Origin: Chitinophaga pinensis | Lineage (GTDB): Bacteria > Bacteroidota > Bacteroidia > UBA7662 > JAIXUI01 | Direction of reading: 5' to 3' | Length of the DNA: 64,000 bases | Assembly: GCA_943373175.1 (NCBI GenBank) | Contig: CALSBM010000001.1 | Coordinates: 51,298-115,297 of the forward strand | Shown here: piece by piece, positions 39,585-48,512 of the stretch | Layout: each line of letters starts with the position of its first letter | Position numbering within the stretch: the stretch's first letter is position 1 | Position numbers and translations under genes: made by a program | Notes under the pieces: generated by a model | Seen by the model: only the letters and a program-made list of their open reading frames with translations | The model's database searches: none | What the model was told of the DNA's origin: nothing

Positions 39585-40997
39585 TCAAGATTTTCGCTTT
39601 TGAAGCAGCACTACATTCTCGACATGAGCCGTATGAGGAAACATATCCACTGGTCTCCAAGCCATTACTTCGAAGTGTGAATCTAATAATTGTAGGTCAC
39701 GAGCTTGGGTTGCAACGTTGCAGCTTACGTACACGATTTTCTCAGGAGATAGCTTTATCAAAGTATCTACAACGTCCGGATGCATTCCTGCTCTCGGAGG
39801 ATCGGTTACAATTACTTCCGGCTTTCCGTATCTCGCAACAATTTCCGGTTTAAGCAAATCTTTCATATCGCCCGCCAGAAAATCAACGTTGTGAATTTGG
39901 TTTAACTCTGCATTCTTTCGAGCATCTTCAACAGCTTCTGGCACCGATTCTATTCCAAGAACCTTTTTTGCATGCCTAGCCAGAAAAAGGGAAATAGTGC
40001 CGATACCGGAATACAAATCATAGACGGTTTCATCTCCTTTTAAACCGGCATAATTAAGCGCTTGCTGGTACAATCGTTCGGTTTGACGACTGTTAGTTTG
40101 AAAGAAGCTTTTCGGGCCAATCAAAAAACGAAGGTCACCAATAGTCTCGGTTAGCGTACTACTGCCTGAGTAAAGCAAGACGTCTTGATCGTAAATGCTG
40201 TCGTTTTTCTTCGTGTTGATGATGTACTGAAGTGAGGTGATGGCTGAAAAACGAGTTTTCAGCATTTCCAGGACGTTTTCTCTATGTTCAGCTTCTTCAC
40301 CACCAAACATTACGGTTACCATCCATTCACCTTTGAGGTTATTGCGAAGACTCAACTGGCGAAGGCAACCTTCATGGGCAACAACGTCGTAGAAGCTGAT
40401 TTGGTTTATAATTGCGAAATCATATAGTGCCAGTCGAATATCATTCGCCAATGGGTGCATTAGATGACAGGCCTCAATGTGTAGGATTTTGTCCCATCGC
40501 TTGGGAATGTGAAAACCTGCTCCCGGAAGATCTTTGTTTTCTTTGGCGAGTTTCATTTCTTCCGGTGTAATCCAACGCTTGTTGCAAAAAGCAAATTCAA
40601 GTTTATTTCGGTACTGATATTCATCCAAGCTACCGAGGATTTTTTCCGGTTCGGGTAACCGAACTTTTCCCAACCGTTGCAATGTTTCAGCAACTTGTTC
40701 CTGTTTGTATCGAAGTTGATATTCGTAACCTAAATGCTGCCACTTACAACCGCCACAATAGCCAAAGTGATTACAAACAGGCAATGTTCTTTCCGGGGAT
40801 GGCAACTTTAATTTTTCAATAGTTGCCATCATGTAAGAACTCTTGTCGTTGATAATCCGCAAATCTGCTAAATCACCTGGAGCTGCAAACTCAACGAAAG
40901 CTACTTTCTCTCCTATTCGGGCTACGCTTTTTCCTTCGGAAGCGAAACCAGAAACGGTGACGTCTTCCAGAATCTGATTTCTTGGAATGCGGGGCAT
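39585..40997 (-). CDS. rlmD: 23S rRNA (uracil-5)-methyltransferase RlmD/RumA
   Basis: N-terminal TRAM domain, 4Fe-4S cluster ligands CNHFGYCGGCKWQH, SAM-dependent MTase fold with DPPRAG motif, 470 aa. Confidence 0.8.
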   Translation of the reverse strand: MPRIPRNQILEDVTVSGFASEGKSVARIGEKVAFVEFAAPGDLADLRIINDKSSYMMATIEKLKLPSPERTLPVCNHFGYCGGCKWQHLGYEYQLRYKQEQVAETLQRLGKVRLPEPEKILGSLDEYQYRNKLEFAFCNKRWITPEEMKLAKENKDLPGAGFHIPKRWDKILHIEACHLMHPLANDIRLALYDFAIINQISFYDVVAHEGCLRQLSLRNNLKGEWMVTVMFGGEEAEHRENVLEMLKTRFSAITSLQYIINTKKNDSIYDQDVLLYSGSSTLTETIGDLRFLIGPKSFFQTNSRQTERLYQQALNYAGLKGDETVYDLYSGIGTISLFLARHAKKVLGIESVPEAVEDARKNAELNQIHNVDFLAGDMKDLLKPEIVARYGKPEVIVTDPPRAGMHPDVVDTLIKLSPEKIVYVSCNVATQARDLQLLDSHFEVMAWRPVDMFPHTAHVENVVLLQKRKS

Positions 40998-40998
40998 A

Positions 40999-41751
40999 CT
41001 ATACAGCCAAACCTGAGTTCATTAAACGGCCTGAATCAATAAGCTTTGCTAGCGCTTTGCTTTCAAGTACTTTATGAAAGGAGCGTACATGATTTAAGTT
41101 GTGTGTGTCTGTTCCAATCAGTGAAATCATACCTTTATCAATCAGTTTTTCGGCAATACGCTTAGCCATGGGAGAATAGGCGCCGATTAAAGAGCCTAAG
41201 TTGAGCTGAAAAAGAACTTCAAAATCAATGAGTTCTTCGTATTTGCGAAAATCGTCGTAGTAAAAAGTATAGCGTTCCGGATGAGCGAGTATAGGTTTGT
41301 AACCTTTGATTTTCATATCGAAAACCAGGCTTTTTATATCAACAGGCTCATTAATGTATGAAAGTTCGAAGAGAACCATTTTACTTCCCATTGTCAAAAG
41401 GTTTTCTTGTTGACAAAGCTTCTGAAGGTTCTCGTCTAAATAGTATTCAGCAGCGAAATTGAGATGAGTAGAAAGACCTTCTTCCTTAAGCTTTTTTCGA
41501 ACCTGATTTACCGCATTGCCAATGGTTTCTGGATTATTCCGATAGTAATCCTGCATAACATGAGGAGTGGTGATGAATTGTTCATAGCCTAACTCCTGTA
41601 ACCCTCTGATTAAGGCTACTGATTCTTCAACAGATTTCGAACCATCATCAATGCCGGGCGCCAGGTGGCTATGCATGTCCACTTTTATCTCAGACAAATC
41701 CTTCACAGCGTGGCTATTGCTGGAAAATAAATTTTTAAATAATTGAATCAC
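40999..41751 (-). CDS. PHP-domain protein-tyrosine phosphatase (CpsB/YwqE-like)
   Basis: DMHSHLAPGIDDG metal-binding N-terminus, PILAHPERY and GTDTHN motifs, 250 aa. Confidence 0.75.
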   Translation of the reverse strand: MIQLFKNLFSSNSHAVKDLSEIKVDMHSHLAPGIDDGSKSVEESVALIRGLQELGYEQFITTPHVMQDYYRNNPETIGNAVNQVRKKLKEEGLSTHLNFAAEYYLDENLQKLCQQENLLTMGSKMVLFELSYINEPVDIKSLVFDMKIKGYKPILAHPERYTFYYDDFRKYEELIDFEVLFQLNLGSLIGAYSPMAKRIAEKLIDKGMISLIGTDTHNLNHVRSFHKVLESKALAKLIDSGRLMNSGLAV

Positions 41752-41785
41752 TTAAGACAAAAGTAAACGCTAAACAGTAATAGGG

Positions 41786-41816
41786 AAAAATAAAAACACC
41801 CGCCGAAGCGGGTGAC
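41786..41816 (-). terminator. Rho-independent terminator
   Basis: Minus-strand hairpin CACCCGCTTCGGCGGGTG followed by TTTTTATTTTT, just downstream of the 41835 stop. Confidence 0.75.
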
Positions 41817-41834
41817 GCAAAAACAAGGGGATGA

Positions 41835-42263
41835 TTAACAATGATCTTTAAAGGCATCTGCCAGATTTTGTGCAATCATTTCAGCGGGTCTGCCTTCGAT
41901 ATTATGACGTTCCAGCATGTGTACCAGTTTACCATCTTTGAAAAGAGCAATAGAAGGCGAAGAGGGAGGGAATGGAAGCATGTATTCGCGGACACGGTTT
42001 ACTGCATCGCTTTCCATGCCTGCGAAGACAGTAGCAAGGCGGTGAGGTTTTTTGTCGGATAAGTCTACTGCCTTTTTTACACCAGGACGAGCGTTGGCAG
42101 CAGCACAACCACAAACAGAATTTACAACAACTAAAGTAGTTCCTGACATTTCGTTCATAAACTGATCCACTGATTCGGGAGTAAGAAGTTCGGTAAATCC
42201 TGCTTCCGTTAGATCTTTTCTCATTGGGCTCACCATGAATTCGGGGTAGTTGGCCATAATCAA
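41835..42263 (-). CDS. bacilliredoxin-family thiol-disulfide oxidoreductase (YphP/YqiW, DUF1094; CGC active site)
   Basis: TTLVVVNSVCGCAA motif with CGC redox centre and a C-terminal ...FKDHC; 142 aa; very close to my memory of the Bacillus BrxA sequence, which I could not check here. Confidence 0.7.
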   Translation of the reverse strand: MIMANYPEFMVSPMRKDLTEAGFTELLTPESVDQFMNEMSGTTLVVVNSVCGCAAANARPGVKKAVDLSDKKPHRLATVFAGMESDAVNRVREYMLPFPPSSPSIALFKDGKLVHMLERHNIEGRPAEMIAQNLADAFKDHC

Positions 42264-42304
42264 TTATTTAGATAGGTTAAAAACAGCGTGTTATCCGTTT
42301 TGGT

Positions 42305-43228
42305 TCACTGAATATCGATATCAAATTGAACAAGGCTGACAAACTCACGAATGCGAGCATCGAGTTCTTGTTCAGTGAGAGAATCAAGGCGCTCAGTACC
42401 AAATCGTTCTACACAAAATGAGGCGAGAGCTGAGCCATAAATAATCGCATTCTTCATGTTTTCAAAGGAGATGTCGCCTGTTTTAGCGAGATAGCCAATA
42501 AAGCCACCTGCAAAGGTGTCGCCTGCGCCTGTTGGGTCGAATACTTCTTCAAGCGGTAAGGCTGGTGCGAAAAACATGTGATTCTTGTGGAAAAGCAGTG
42601 CGCCGTGTTCTCCTTTTTTAATGATAAGAAAGGGTGGTCCCATTGCCGTAATCTTGCGTGCTGCCTTTAACAAAGAATACTCTCCGGATAATTGACGAGC
42701 TTCCTCATCGTTGATGGTCAACACATCCACCTGCTTAAGAGTTTGCTTCAGTTCATCAAGGGCAACATCCATCCAGAAATTCATGGTATCCATAACAATC
42801 AGTTTTGGCCGGCGGTGAAGCCTTTGAATTACCAATTGCTGAACAGCAGGTGTAAGGTTTCCAAGCATTAGAAATTCGCAATCCTGATAAGTATCTGGAA
42901 TAATAGGGTCGAAGTTAGCGAGCACGTTGAGTTCAGTAACCAGCGTGTCCCTGGAGTTCATATCGAGGTGATACTTACCTGACCAGAAAAAGGATTTTTC
43001 GTCTTGTTTTACCTGGACTCCTTCAGTATGGATTCCTTTTGCATTGAGTTGAGTAAGTTTTTCTGCTGGGAAATCGTATCCAACTACAGAAACGGCTTTT
43101 ACAGGTAGAGTGAGAAAGCTCGCAGCCTGAGCGATGTAGGTAGCTGCACCACCGATTGTTTTATCTGTTTTTCCGAAAGGGGTTTCTATGGCATCGAACG
43201 CCATGGTGCCCACTACAATAAGGCTCAT
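42305..43228 (-). CDS. PfkB-family carbohydrate/nucleoside kinase
   Basis: DPTGAGDTFAGGFIGYL C-terminal ATP-binding signature of the ribokinase family, 307 aa. Confidence 0.75.
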   Translation of the reverse strand: MSLIVVGTMAFDAIETPFGKTDKTIGGAATYIAQAASFLTLPVKAVSVVGYDFPAEKLTQLNAKGIHTEGVQVKQDEKSFFWSGKYHLDMNSRDTLVTELNVLANFDPIIPDTYQDCEFLMLGNLTPAVQQLVIQRLHRRPKLIVMDTMNFWMDVALDELKQTLKQVDVLTINDEEARQLSGEYSLLKAARKITAMGPPFLIIKKGEHGALLFHKNHMFFAPALPLEEVFDPTGAGDTFAGGFIGYLAKTGDISFENMKNAIIYGSALASFCVERFGTERLDSLTEQELDARIREFVSLVQFDIDIQ

Positions 43229-43479
43229 GTTTGAAAATTTGCTGCAAAGATGCAGTCTTGGATTGAAAGTTTATGAGCAAGGGTTAGGCGATGCTTAGGA
43301 AGCGGTTTGCGTGAGGTGCCTGAAAGGCGAGCGAAGCGAGGTGCGAAGCACGGAACCCTGAAAGGCACCGACCCGAAAGCCGGGCAAAAAAATTACACTA
43401 TTCGAAGAAGCGTTAAAAGCCCGGCTGAAGGGGCACGCCCAAAGAAATTAATAACCTGATTTACAACTAGATATAAATA

Positions 43480-43508
43480 AAAAAAGGTCAGAATACTCTG
43501 ACCTTTTT
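43480..43508 (-). terminator. Rho-independent terminator of tRNA-Asn
   Basis: Minus-strand hairpin AGGTCAGAGTATTCTGACCT followed by a T7 run, immediately 3' of the tRNA. Confidence 0.75.
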
Positions 43509-43509
43509 G

Positions 43510-43583
43510 CTCCCCGAGCTGGGCTCGAACCAGCGACCCTCTGATTAACAGTCAGATGCTCTAACCGACTGAGCTATCGAGGA
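43510..43583 (-). tRNA. tRNA-Asn (anticodon GTT)
   Basis: Hand-folded cloverleaf: acceptor TCCTCGA/TCGGGGA, D-arm GCTC/GAGC, anticodon arm TCTGA-CTGTTAA-TCAGA, T-arm GCTGG-TTCGAGC-CCAGC, discriminator G; 74 nt; CCA not encoded. Confidence 0.85.
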
Positions 43584-43653
43584 GTGTCCCTTGCGAAACG
43601 GACTGCAATGATAGAAGATGAATTCTAAAAATGCAACCAGTCTAAAAAAAATT

Positions 43654-43875
43654 TTAGTTGCCTAATGAACTGAGAATTTCCCAAGGAAAGTTTACTGCAA
43701 AAGCCTGAAATTTTTCCGCAATGATACTTTGGGGGCTTATCAGAAGTATGACAAAGCAAACCGTCCAGATGAGGAGAAACACAACAAGAAAGCCTATTTT
43801 CCACGCCTTACGGATGGCCAATTTGTCTTCTTCAAAGGTTTTAACCTTGTCGAGTTCTTTTAACTGGATTCTCAC
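43654..43875 (-). CDS. small hypothetical membrane protein
   Basis: 73 aa with one strongly hydrophobic helix (IGFLVVFLLIWTVCFVILLI). Confidence 0.3.
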   Translation of the reverse strand: MRIQLKELDKVKTFEEDKLAIRKAWKIGFLVVFLLIWTVCFVILLISPQSIIAEKFQAFAVNFPWEILSSLGN

Positions 43876-43945
43876 CTTACAAATATGAGAACTAAGTACT
43901 TACCCTCCGACAATCAGGCATCAATTCGACAATAAAATCGACAGG

Positions 43946-44680
43946 TTAAAGATTCCAAAAATTCCAAGATGCTTCTGCCTGAAGATGAAGCATTTCTAAT
44001 CCATTGAAACATTGGGCCCCTGCCAGTTGAGCTGCCTTTAGTAAGGCGGTTTGTTCCGGATTGTAAATAAGGTCGTACACAAAATGGTTACTAGTAATAC
44101 CTTCAGTTGGAATAGGAGGCATTTCGTGAATATGAGGATGCATACCCACGGGGGTTGTATTTACAATTAATGGAAAACGGGCTATCAATTCTGGACTAAG
44201 AAAGTCATAAGTATAATCGCCTATTTCAGGATTCCTTGATACCACCATCGAAGTGATTCCGAGTTGTTGCAGGGCAAATCTTACTGCTTTGGAAGAACCG
44301 CCTGTGCCTAAAACTAACGCTATAGAAGGCTTATCATTACCTAGCCATGCCTGTAACGATGTTTGAAAGGCTTCTGCATCGGTGTTGTGTCCTGTTAGGA
44401 TACCATCGGAATTTACGCGGACACAATTGACAGCACCAATTTCTCTGGCGGTTTCGGTAATGTGGTTAAGAATGGAAAGAACGGTTACTTTGAATGGAAT
44501 AGTAACATTGAAGCCCCTGAGGCCGGGATGATTTTTAGTCCAAAGCTGAAATTCCTCAAGAGTAGCACATTCTGCCAGCCAATACTGAGCCTTAATGTTT
44601 TCTTGTGAAAACTTAGTTTGAAAGTAGGCTTGAGAAAAGGAGTGTCCAAGGGGGTAACCCCAAAGGGCGTATTCAATCAT
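43946..44680 (-). CDS. aroE: shikimate dehydrogenase
   Basis: WGYPLGHSFS substrate-binding N-terminus and a GTGGSSKAV NADP-binding motif, 244 aa. Confidence 0.8.
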   Translation of the reverse strand: MIEYALWGYPLGHSFSQAYFQTKFSQENIKAQYWLAECATLEEFQLWTKNHPGLRGFNVTIPFKVTVLSILNHITETAREIGAVNCVRVNSDGILTGHNTDAEAFQTSLQAWLGNDKPSIALVLGTGGSSKAVRFALQQLGITSMVVSRNPEIGDYTYDFLSPELIARFPLIVNTTPVGMHPHIHEMPPIPTEGITSNHFVYDLIYNPEQTALLKAAQLAGAQCFNGLEMLHLQAEASWNFWNL

Positions 44681-45324
44681 TTTCTGCGGAGCCTGGCTTT
44701 CACAAATTCAAAAACGATGGGCAAAAGGGAAAAACCAATGATTGAGAAGACAACAAGTTCGAAGTTGTCTTTTACAATGGGCAATTGCCCGAAGAAGTAA
44801 CCGGCAAGGGTAAGCGATAGCACCCATAGTAGTCCTCCTCCAATGTTGAAAGAGAAGAATCGGGCGTAATCCATTTTGCCAATACCGGCAACAAAAGGGG
44901 CAAGTGTGCGAACAATAGGTACAAAGCGAGCAATGACAATGGTTTTAGCCCCGTAATCCGAATAGAACGATTCTGTTTTTGCCAGGTGTTCGGGTTTGAT
45001 GATGGGACTCCCTCTAAACTTCAATCTTAGAATTTGTTTTCCAAAAAATTTCCCAATGAAGTAATTCGTTGCGTCACCGAGAATAGCAGCAATAGAAAGT
45101 AAGATTAATAGTGTGAGAAGATTAAAATCGCCACGGGCTGCAAAAGATCCAACAGCAAAAAGCAGGGAATCGCCTGGAAGAAATGGCATGACCACCACCC
45201 CGGTTTCAACAAAAATGATGAGAAACAGGATGCCGTAAGTCCAGACACCATACTGTTGAATAAAATCAGACAGGTGTTGGTCGAGATGAAGAAGAAAGTC
45301 TAATAAACTATGGATTAGCTCCAT
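44677..45324 (-). CDS. DedA-family (SNARE-associated/TVP38) membrane protein
   Basis: FLPGDSLLFAVG and GDATNYFIGKFFG DedA motifs, 215 aa; paralog at 60979..61614. Confidence 0.75.
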   Translation of the reverse strand: MELIHSLLDFLLHLDQHLSDFIQQYGVWTYGILFLIIFVETGVVVMPFLPGDSLLFAVGSFAARGDFNLLTLLILLSIAAILGDATNYFIGKFFGKQILRLKFRGSPIIKPEHLAKTESFYSDYGAKTIVIARFVPIVRTLAPFVAGIGKMDYARFFSFNIGGGLLWVLSLTLAGYFFGQLPIVKDNFELVVFSIIGFSLLPIVFEFVKARLRRK

Positions 45325-46091
45325 TAAGCCTGATTAAGAAAGTGGTGGAAAGTATCTGAACGAAGACCAAGTCGAAGGGTTTCAAGAGGAATGACTTCCT
45401 GGGGAGCGATATTGCCAAGGTTAACATTAGAACCTATAAGCTTAACAAACCAGGTTTGTTGCGCTTTTTGTGGGGCTTCCCAGATAATTTGCTCATGCTC
45501 AATTTGGGTTAGAATTTCGTCAACAAGTCCGGAACGTACTTCGCCAGTTCCACGGAAGATGCCAACATTGCCGGCTTCCCGAGCTTCTGCGATTACTTTC
45601 CAAGCACCAGCCTGAAGTTCATTTTTCATCATAGCAATCCACTTATAGGGGGCAATGATTTTTTCAGCGTCTTTGGAACCCACTTCCGAGAGCACAGTTC
45701 TGCCGTCATTGACTAAAGTTTCAATAAACCTGCATTTTTCATCATGGGGTATTTCAAGTGAACCATCGGATACTTCAACAAACGTCATATCGAACTGATC
45801 CAATGCTTTTCGGTAATCATCAAATTGTTGACGAACAACGAATGCTTCGAATAAGGTTCCTCCAAAATACACGGGGATGCCGGATTTACGGTAAACCCCA
45901 AGCTTTTCCGGAAGGTTTGGCGTCACATAGGAGGTTGCCCAGCCGAGTTTAACAATGTCGATGTAGGGTTCTGCAACTGAAAGTAGATTTTCAGTTTCAC
46001 GGATGCTCAATCCCTTGTCCATGACCATAGTTAGGCCTGAGGATCTGGGTTTATCGCTTCGTTCTGGGATGTTTTTAAGATAATAGTGCAT
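45324..46091 (-). CDS. (2R)-phospho-3-sulfolactate synthase ComA-family protein
   Basis: YIDIVKLGWATS, FGGTLFE, SEVGSKD, EAREAGNVG and LETLRLGLRSDTF blocks characteristic of the ComA/YitD family, 255 aa. Confidence 0.7.
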   Translation of the reverse strand: MHYYLKNIPERSDKPRSSGLTMVMDKGLSIRETENLLSVAEPYIDIVKLGWATSYVTPNLPEKLGVYRKSGIPVYFGGTLFEAFVVRQQFDDYRKALDQFDMTFVEVSDGSLEIPHDEKCRFIETLVNDGRTVLSEVGSKDAEKIIAPYKWIAMMKNELQAGAWKVIAEAREAGNVGIFRGTGEVRSGLVDEILTQIEHEQIIWEAPQKAQQTWFVKLIGSNVNLGNIAPQEVIPLETLRLGLRSDTFHHFLNQA

Positions 46092-46101
46092 ACAGGCTCA
46101 G

Positions 46102-47517
46102 TCAGGAACGGTTTAGTTCAATCAGACGAATAAACGCCGGGTGATTCAATGCCGTTTCGGAGTAATCAAAAAAGAGGGTATGGTTGTCGTAGTTGAGGGC
46201 CAGGGCTTGCTCTAATGCATCGCGGGCGGGCACCTGGAAACCCCAGTCGAGCATTATTCCCGCATAGCGGTAAAGAAATTCATCATCATTAGAATGAAAC
46301 TCGTAGCCTTTATTTAAGACTAACAAAGCTTCTTCTTGATCTAAAAATTCGTTCGCGAGCAAAATCGCATAATCTACTCGGGCTTCCATAAAGCGAGGAT
46401 CGATGGCTAAAGCGGCTTCATAGCAGGTACGCGCTTGATCATGCGAATCGAGGTTTTCATAGACCTCACTTAGGCTGTACCAGAATTCCTCAACTTCCGG
46501 ATTTAGTTCTAGTGCACGCTTTATTAGTGACTCTGCCTGAGAAAACTGCTCTTTGATAAGGCTACAAATACCGAGGCCAAACCAGCCATCTGCAAGGGTG
46601 GTGTCGGTTTCTACAGAACGGCGGTACCAATAAGCTGCTTCATCAATTTGATTGAGCTTTTCATAGCAAACGCCTATTCCACAAATGACGGATGCATTTT
46701 GGCGGTCCTCTTGATGAGCTGCAAGCAACATTTCCAATGCGTCCTGATATTTGCCCATGTTGAGGTAAACATTGGCTTTGGTATAGAGGGCGAACTGGTG
46801 TCGGGCATTGATTACGAGGCAATAATCTAACGATTCTAAAGCATCTTCGAAGCGGCCATTACGGTTCAGAACATTGGAAAGCTGATACCAAGCTTGATCA
46901 TTAAAGGGATCTTCATCGATTAACTGACGGAAAAACGCCTCTCCAGCTTCCCAGTCGGGTAACTGGGAGTAGCACCAGGCTATTTCGTCGAGAATGGCTT
47001 TATCTTGAGGATTCAGTTTGAGGAATAATTGGTAATAGTAGATAGCTTGAGAGAATTTGCCCCACTCTAAGTAAGCATTTCCAAGGCAGGCATAGACAAT
47101 GTCAACCTGGTCTTCTGCAAGTTCTTCTGCCTTTTTATAAAACAGAACAGCTTCCTTGTAATCGCCCTGTATTTCAAAAGCAGAACCTTTGGTTAAGGGG
47201 ATTTCATGATTTTGGGGTTCTAGAATTTCGGCATGTTTTAACCATTCAAAAACGCCAAGGGCATCGTTCTTCGTTAGGCAAAGCTGTGCTTTTCTAATGT
47301 AAAAGATGGCGGAATAAGGGCTTTGCCTCAGTCCCATGTCCACTACTTTTTCGGCCAAATCAGCCTTGTTGTTTGCAATGAAATAATCGAAAAGTTCTTC
47401 TAGCGTTTCTGAGTCAAAGAAACCACGCTGCTCTCCTTTGAGCATGGCTTCAAAGCGTTCTGCCGAAGGTTTCAGCTCATGGTCATCGAATTCCGGGGGG
47501 AGGTTGTTAAAATCCAA
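46102..47517 (-). CDS. TPR-repeat protein
   Basis: 471 aa of tandem 34-residue repeats with a W-LG-Y / A-F-A-P consensus. Confidence 0.7.
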   Translation of the reverse strand: MDFNNLPPEFDDHELKPSAERFEAMLKGEQRGFFDSETLEELFDYFIANNKADLAEKVVDMGLRQSPYSAIFYIRKAQLCLTKNDALGVFEWLKHAEILEPQNHEIPLTKGSAFEIQGDYKEAVLFYKKAEELAEDQVDIVYACLGNAYLEWGKFSQAIYYYQLFLKLNPQDKAILDEIAWCYSQLPDWEAGEAFFRQLIDEDPFNDQAWYQLSNVLNRNGRFEDALESLDYCLVINARHQFALYTKANVYLNMGKYQDALEMLLAAHQEDRQNASVICGIGVCYEKLNQIDEAAYWYRRSVETDTTLADGWFGLGICSLIKEQFSQAESLIKRALELNPEVEEFWYSLSEVYENLDSHDQARTCYEAALAIDPRFMEARVDYAILLANEFLDQEEALLVLNKGYEFHSNDDEFLYRYAGIMLDWGFQVPARDALEQALALNYDNHTLFFDYSETALNHPAFIRLIELNRS

Positions 47518-47589
47518 GGCCTGAACAGTTAGAACGTTTCGGTCAAAGGTAGATAAATTAAGCAGGAATTAAGGGAAATAGAGAAGGCA

Positions 47590-47622
47590 AAAAAAAACCG
47601 CGCTCTAATTGGAGCGCGGTCT
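47590..47622 (-). terminator. Rho-independent terminator
   Basis: Minus-strand hairpin ACCGCGCTCCAATTAGAGCGCGGT followed by a T9 run. Confidence 0.8.
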
Positions 47623-47639
47623 TTAAATTAGAACCAAGA

Positions 47640-48440
47640 TTACTTCATGTCGGCATTAATGTACTCAGTAGGAGTACTACCAGTCATTTTGTAAAGTACT
47701 GCAACAATTTTAATGTCAGCAGCTTTCTGGTTAGACGGAATAGTATATTCATAGTTACCGGTTACCGTTTGGTTTTCAGTAAAGGAGGTCGAGGCTGAAA
47801 TTGGAGTTCCCCATGAAGAATCTTCCATTTCAGCACGTAGTACATGCTTGTGAGCATAAATGCCTGTGATACCATTTTGAGTATTCATAACATTATTCTC
47901 AGTAACATAAAGCGCAAGGTGGTACGTACCTGTTGAGGCTTTAAAGAATTTAACTGCACTTGATACTGTGAGTTTGTCACCGGAAACGGTCTTTCTGATT
48001 GCAACACCAGCAGTAACGTCAGCAGGAAGTTTTGCTAAAAGTGTATTTACAGCAGTATTCGTCTGCGAAGTGCCACTTTGTTTAGAAATACCAACGGCAA
48101 AGGATGGGTATCCACCAGAGATGAGTAAATCGTTGATAGGCCCTCCAACGGGCACATCCAAATCATCATTCGCAGTTGATTTGATTCCAAAAACTCTGGT
48201 AGAGTCAATGTTTATTGCGTTGTAGAAGCCTGGAATTCCCCAACTTCCACAAGGGCCACACCATGTTGCAGAAATATTCACAACAACAGCTCTTTGTTCA
48301 TTTGTTGGAACCAAACTTCCGCCTCCAGGAGTCGTTGGTAATGATCTTTCATCTTTAGTGCAGGACGTCACTCCAAAAGCGATAGTACCTGCAAGCAGGA
48401 AGGAAAAAATTTTTCTCATGAGTCTGATTTTGATAATCAA
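47640..48440 (-). CDS. thioredoxin-motif (WCGPC) lipoprotein
   Basis: Probable start at MRKIFSFLLAG...VTSC lipobox (about 48419); ATWCGPCGSWG thioredoxin active-site motif; 266 aa. Confidence 0.5.
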   Translation of the reverse strand: MIIKIRLMRKIFSFLLAGTIAFGVTSCTKDERSLPTTPGGGSLVPTNEQRAVVVNISATWCGPCGSWGIPGFYNAINIDSTRVFGIKSTANDDLDVPVGGPINDLLISGGYPSFAVGISKQSGTSQTNTAVNTLLAKLPADVTAGVAIRKTVSGDKLTVSSAVKFFKASTGTYHLALYVTENNVMNTQNGITGIYAHKHVLRAEMEDSSWGTPISASTSFTENQTVTGNYEYTIPSNQKAADIKIVAVLYKMTGSTPTEYINADMK

Positions 48441-48512
48441 ATGTAAACAAACACTTTGTATAAAGTAAAGTGCTTAATTGTTAAAAAAGAAGTTAAAAAT
48501 CAACTTAGTTGA

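Noticed and set aside
43490-43590. Possible integrative element at tRNA-Asn
   Set aside because: No integrase, direct repeat of the tRNA 3' end, or phage-like genes on either side; flanking genes are housekeeping.
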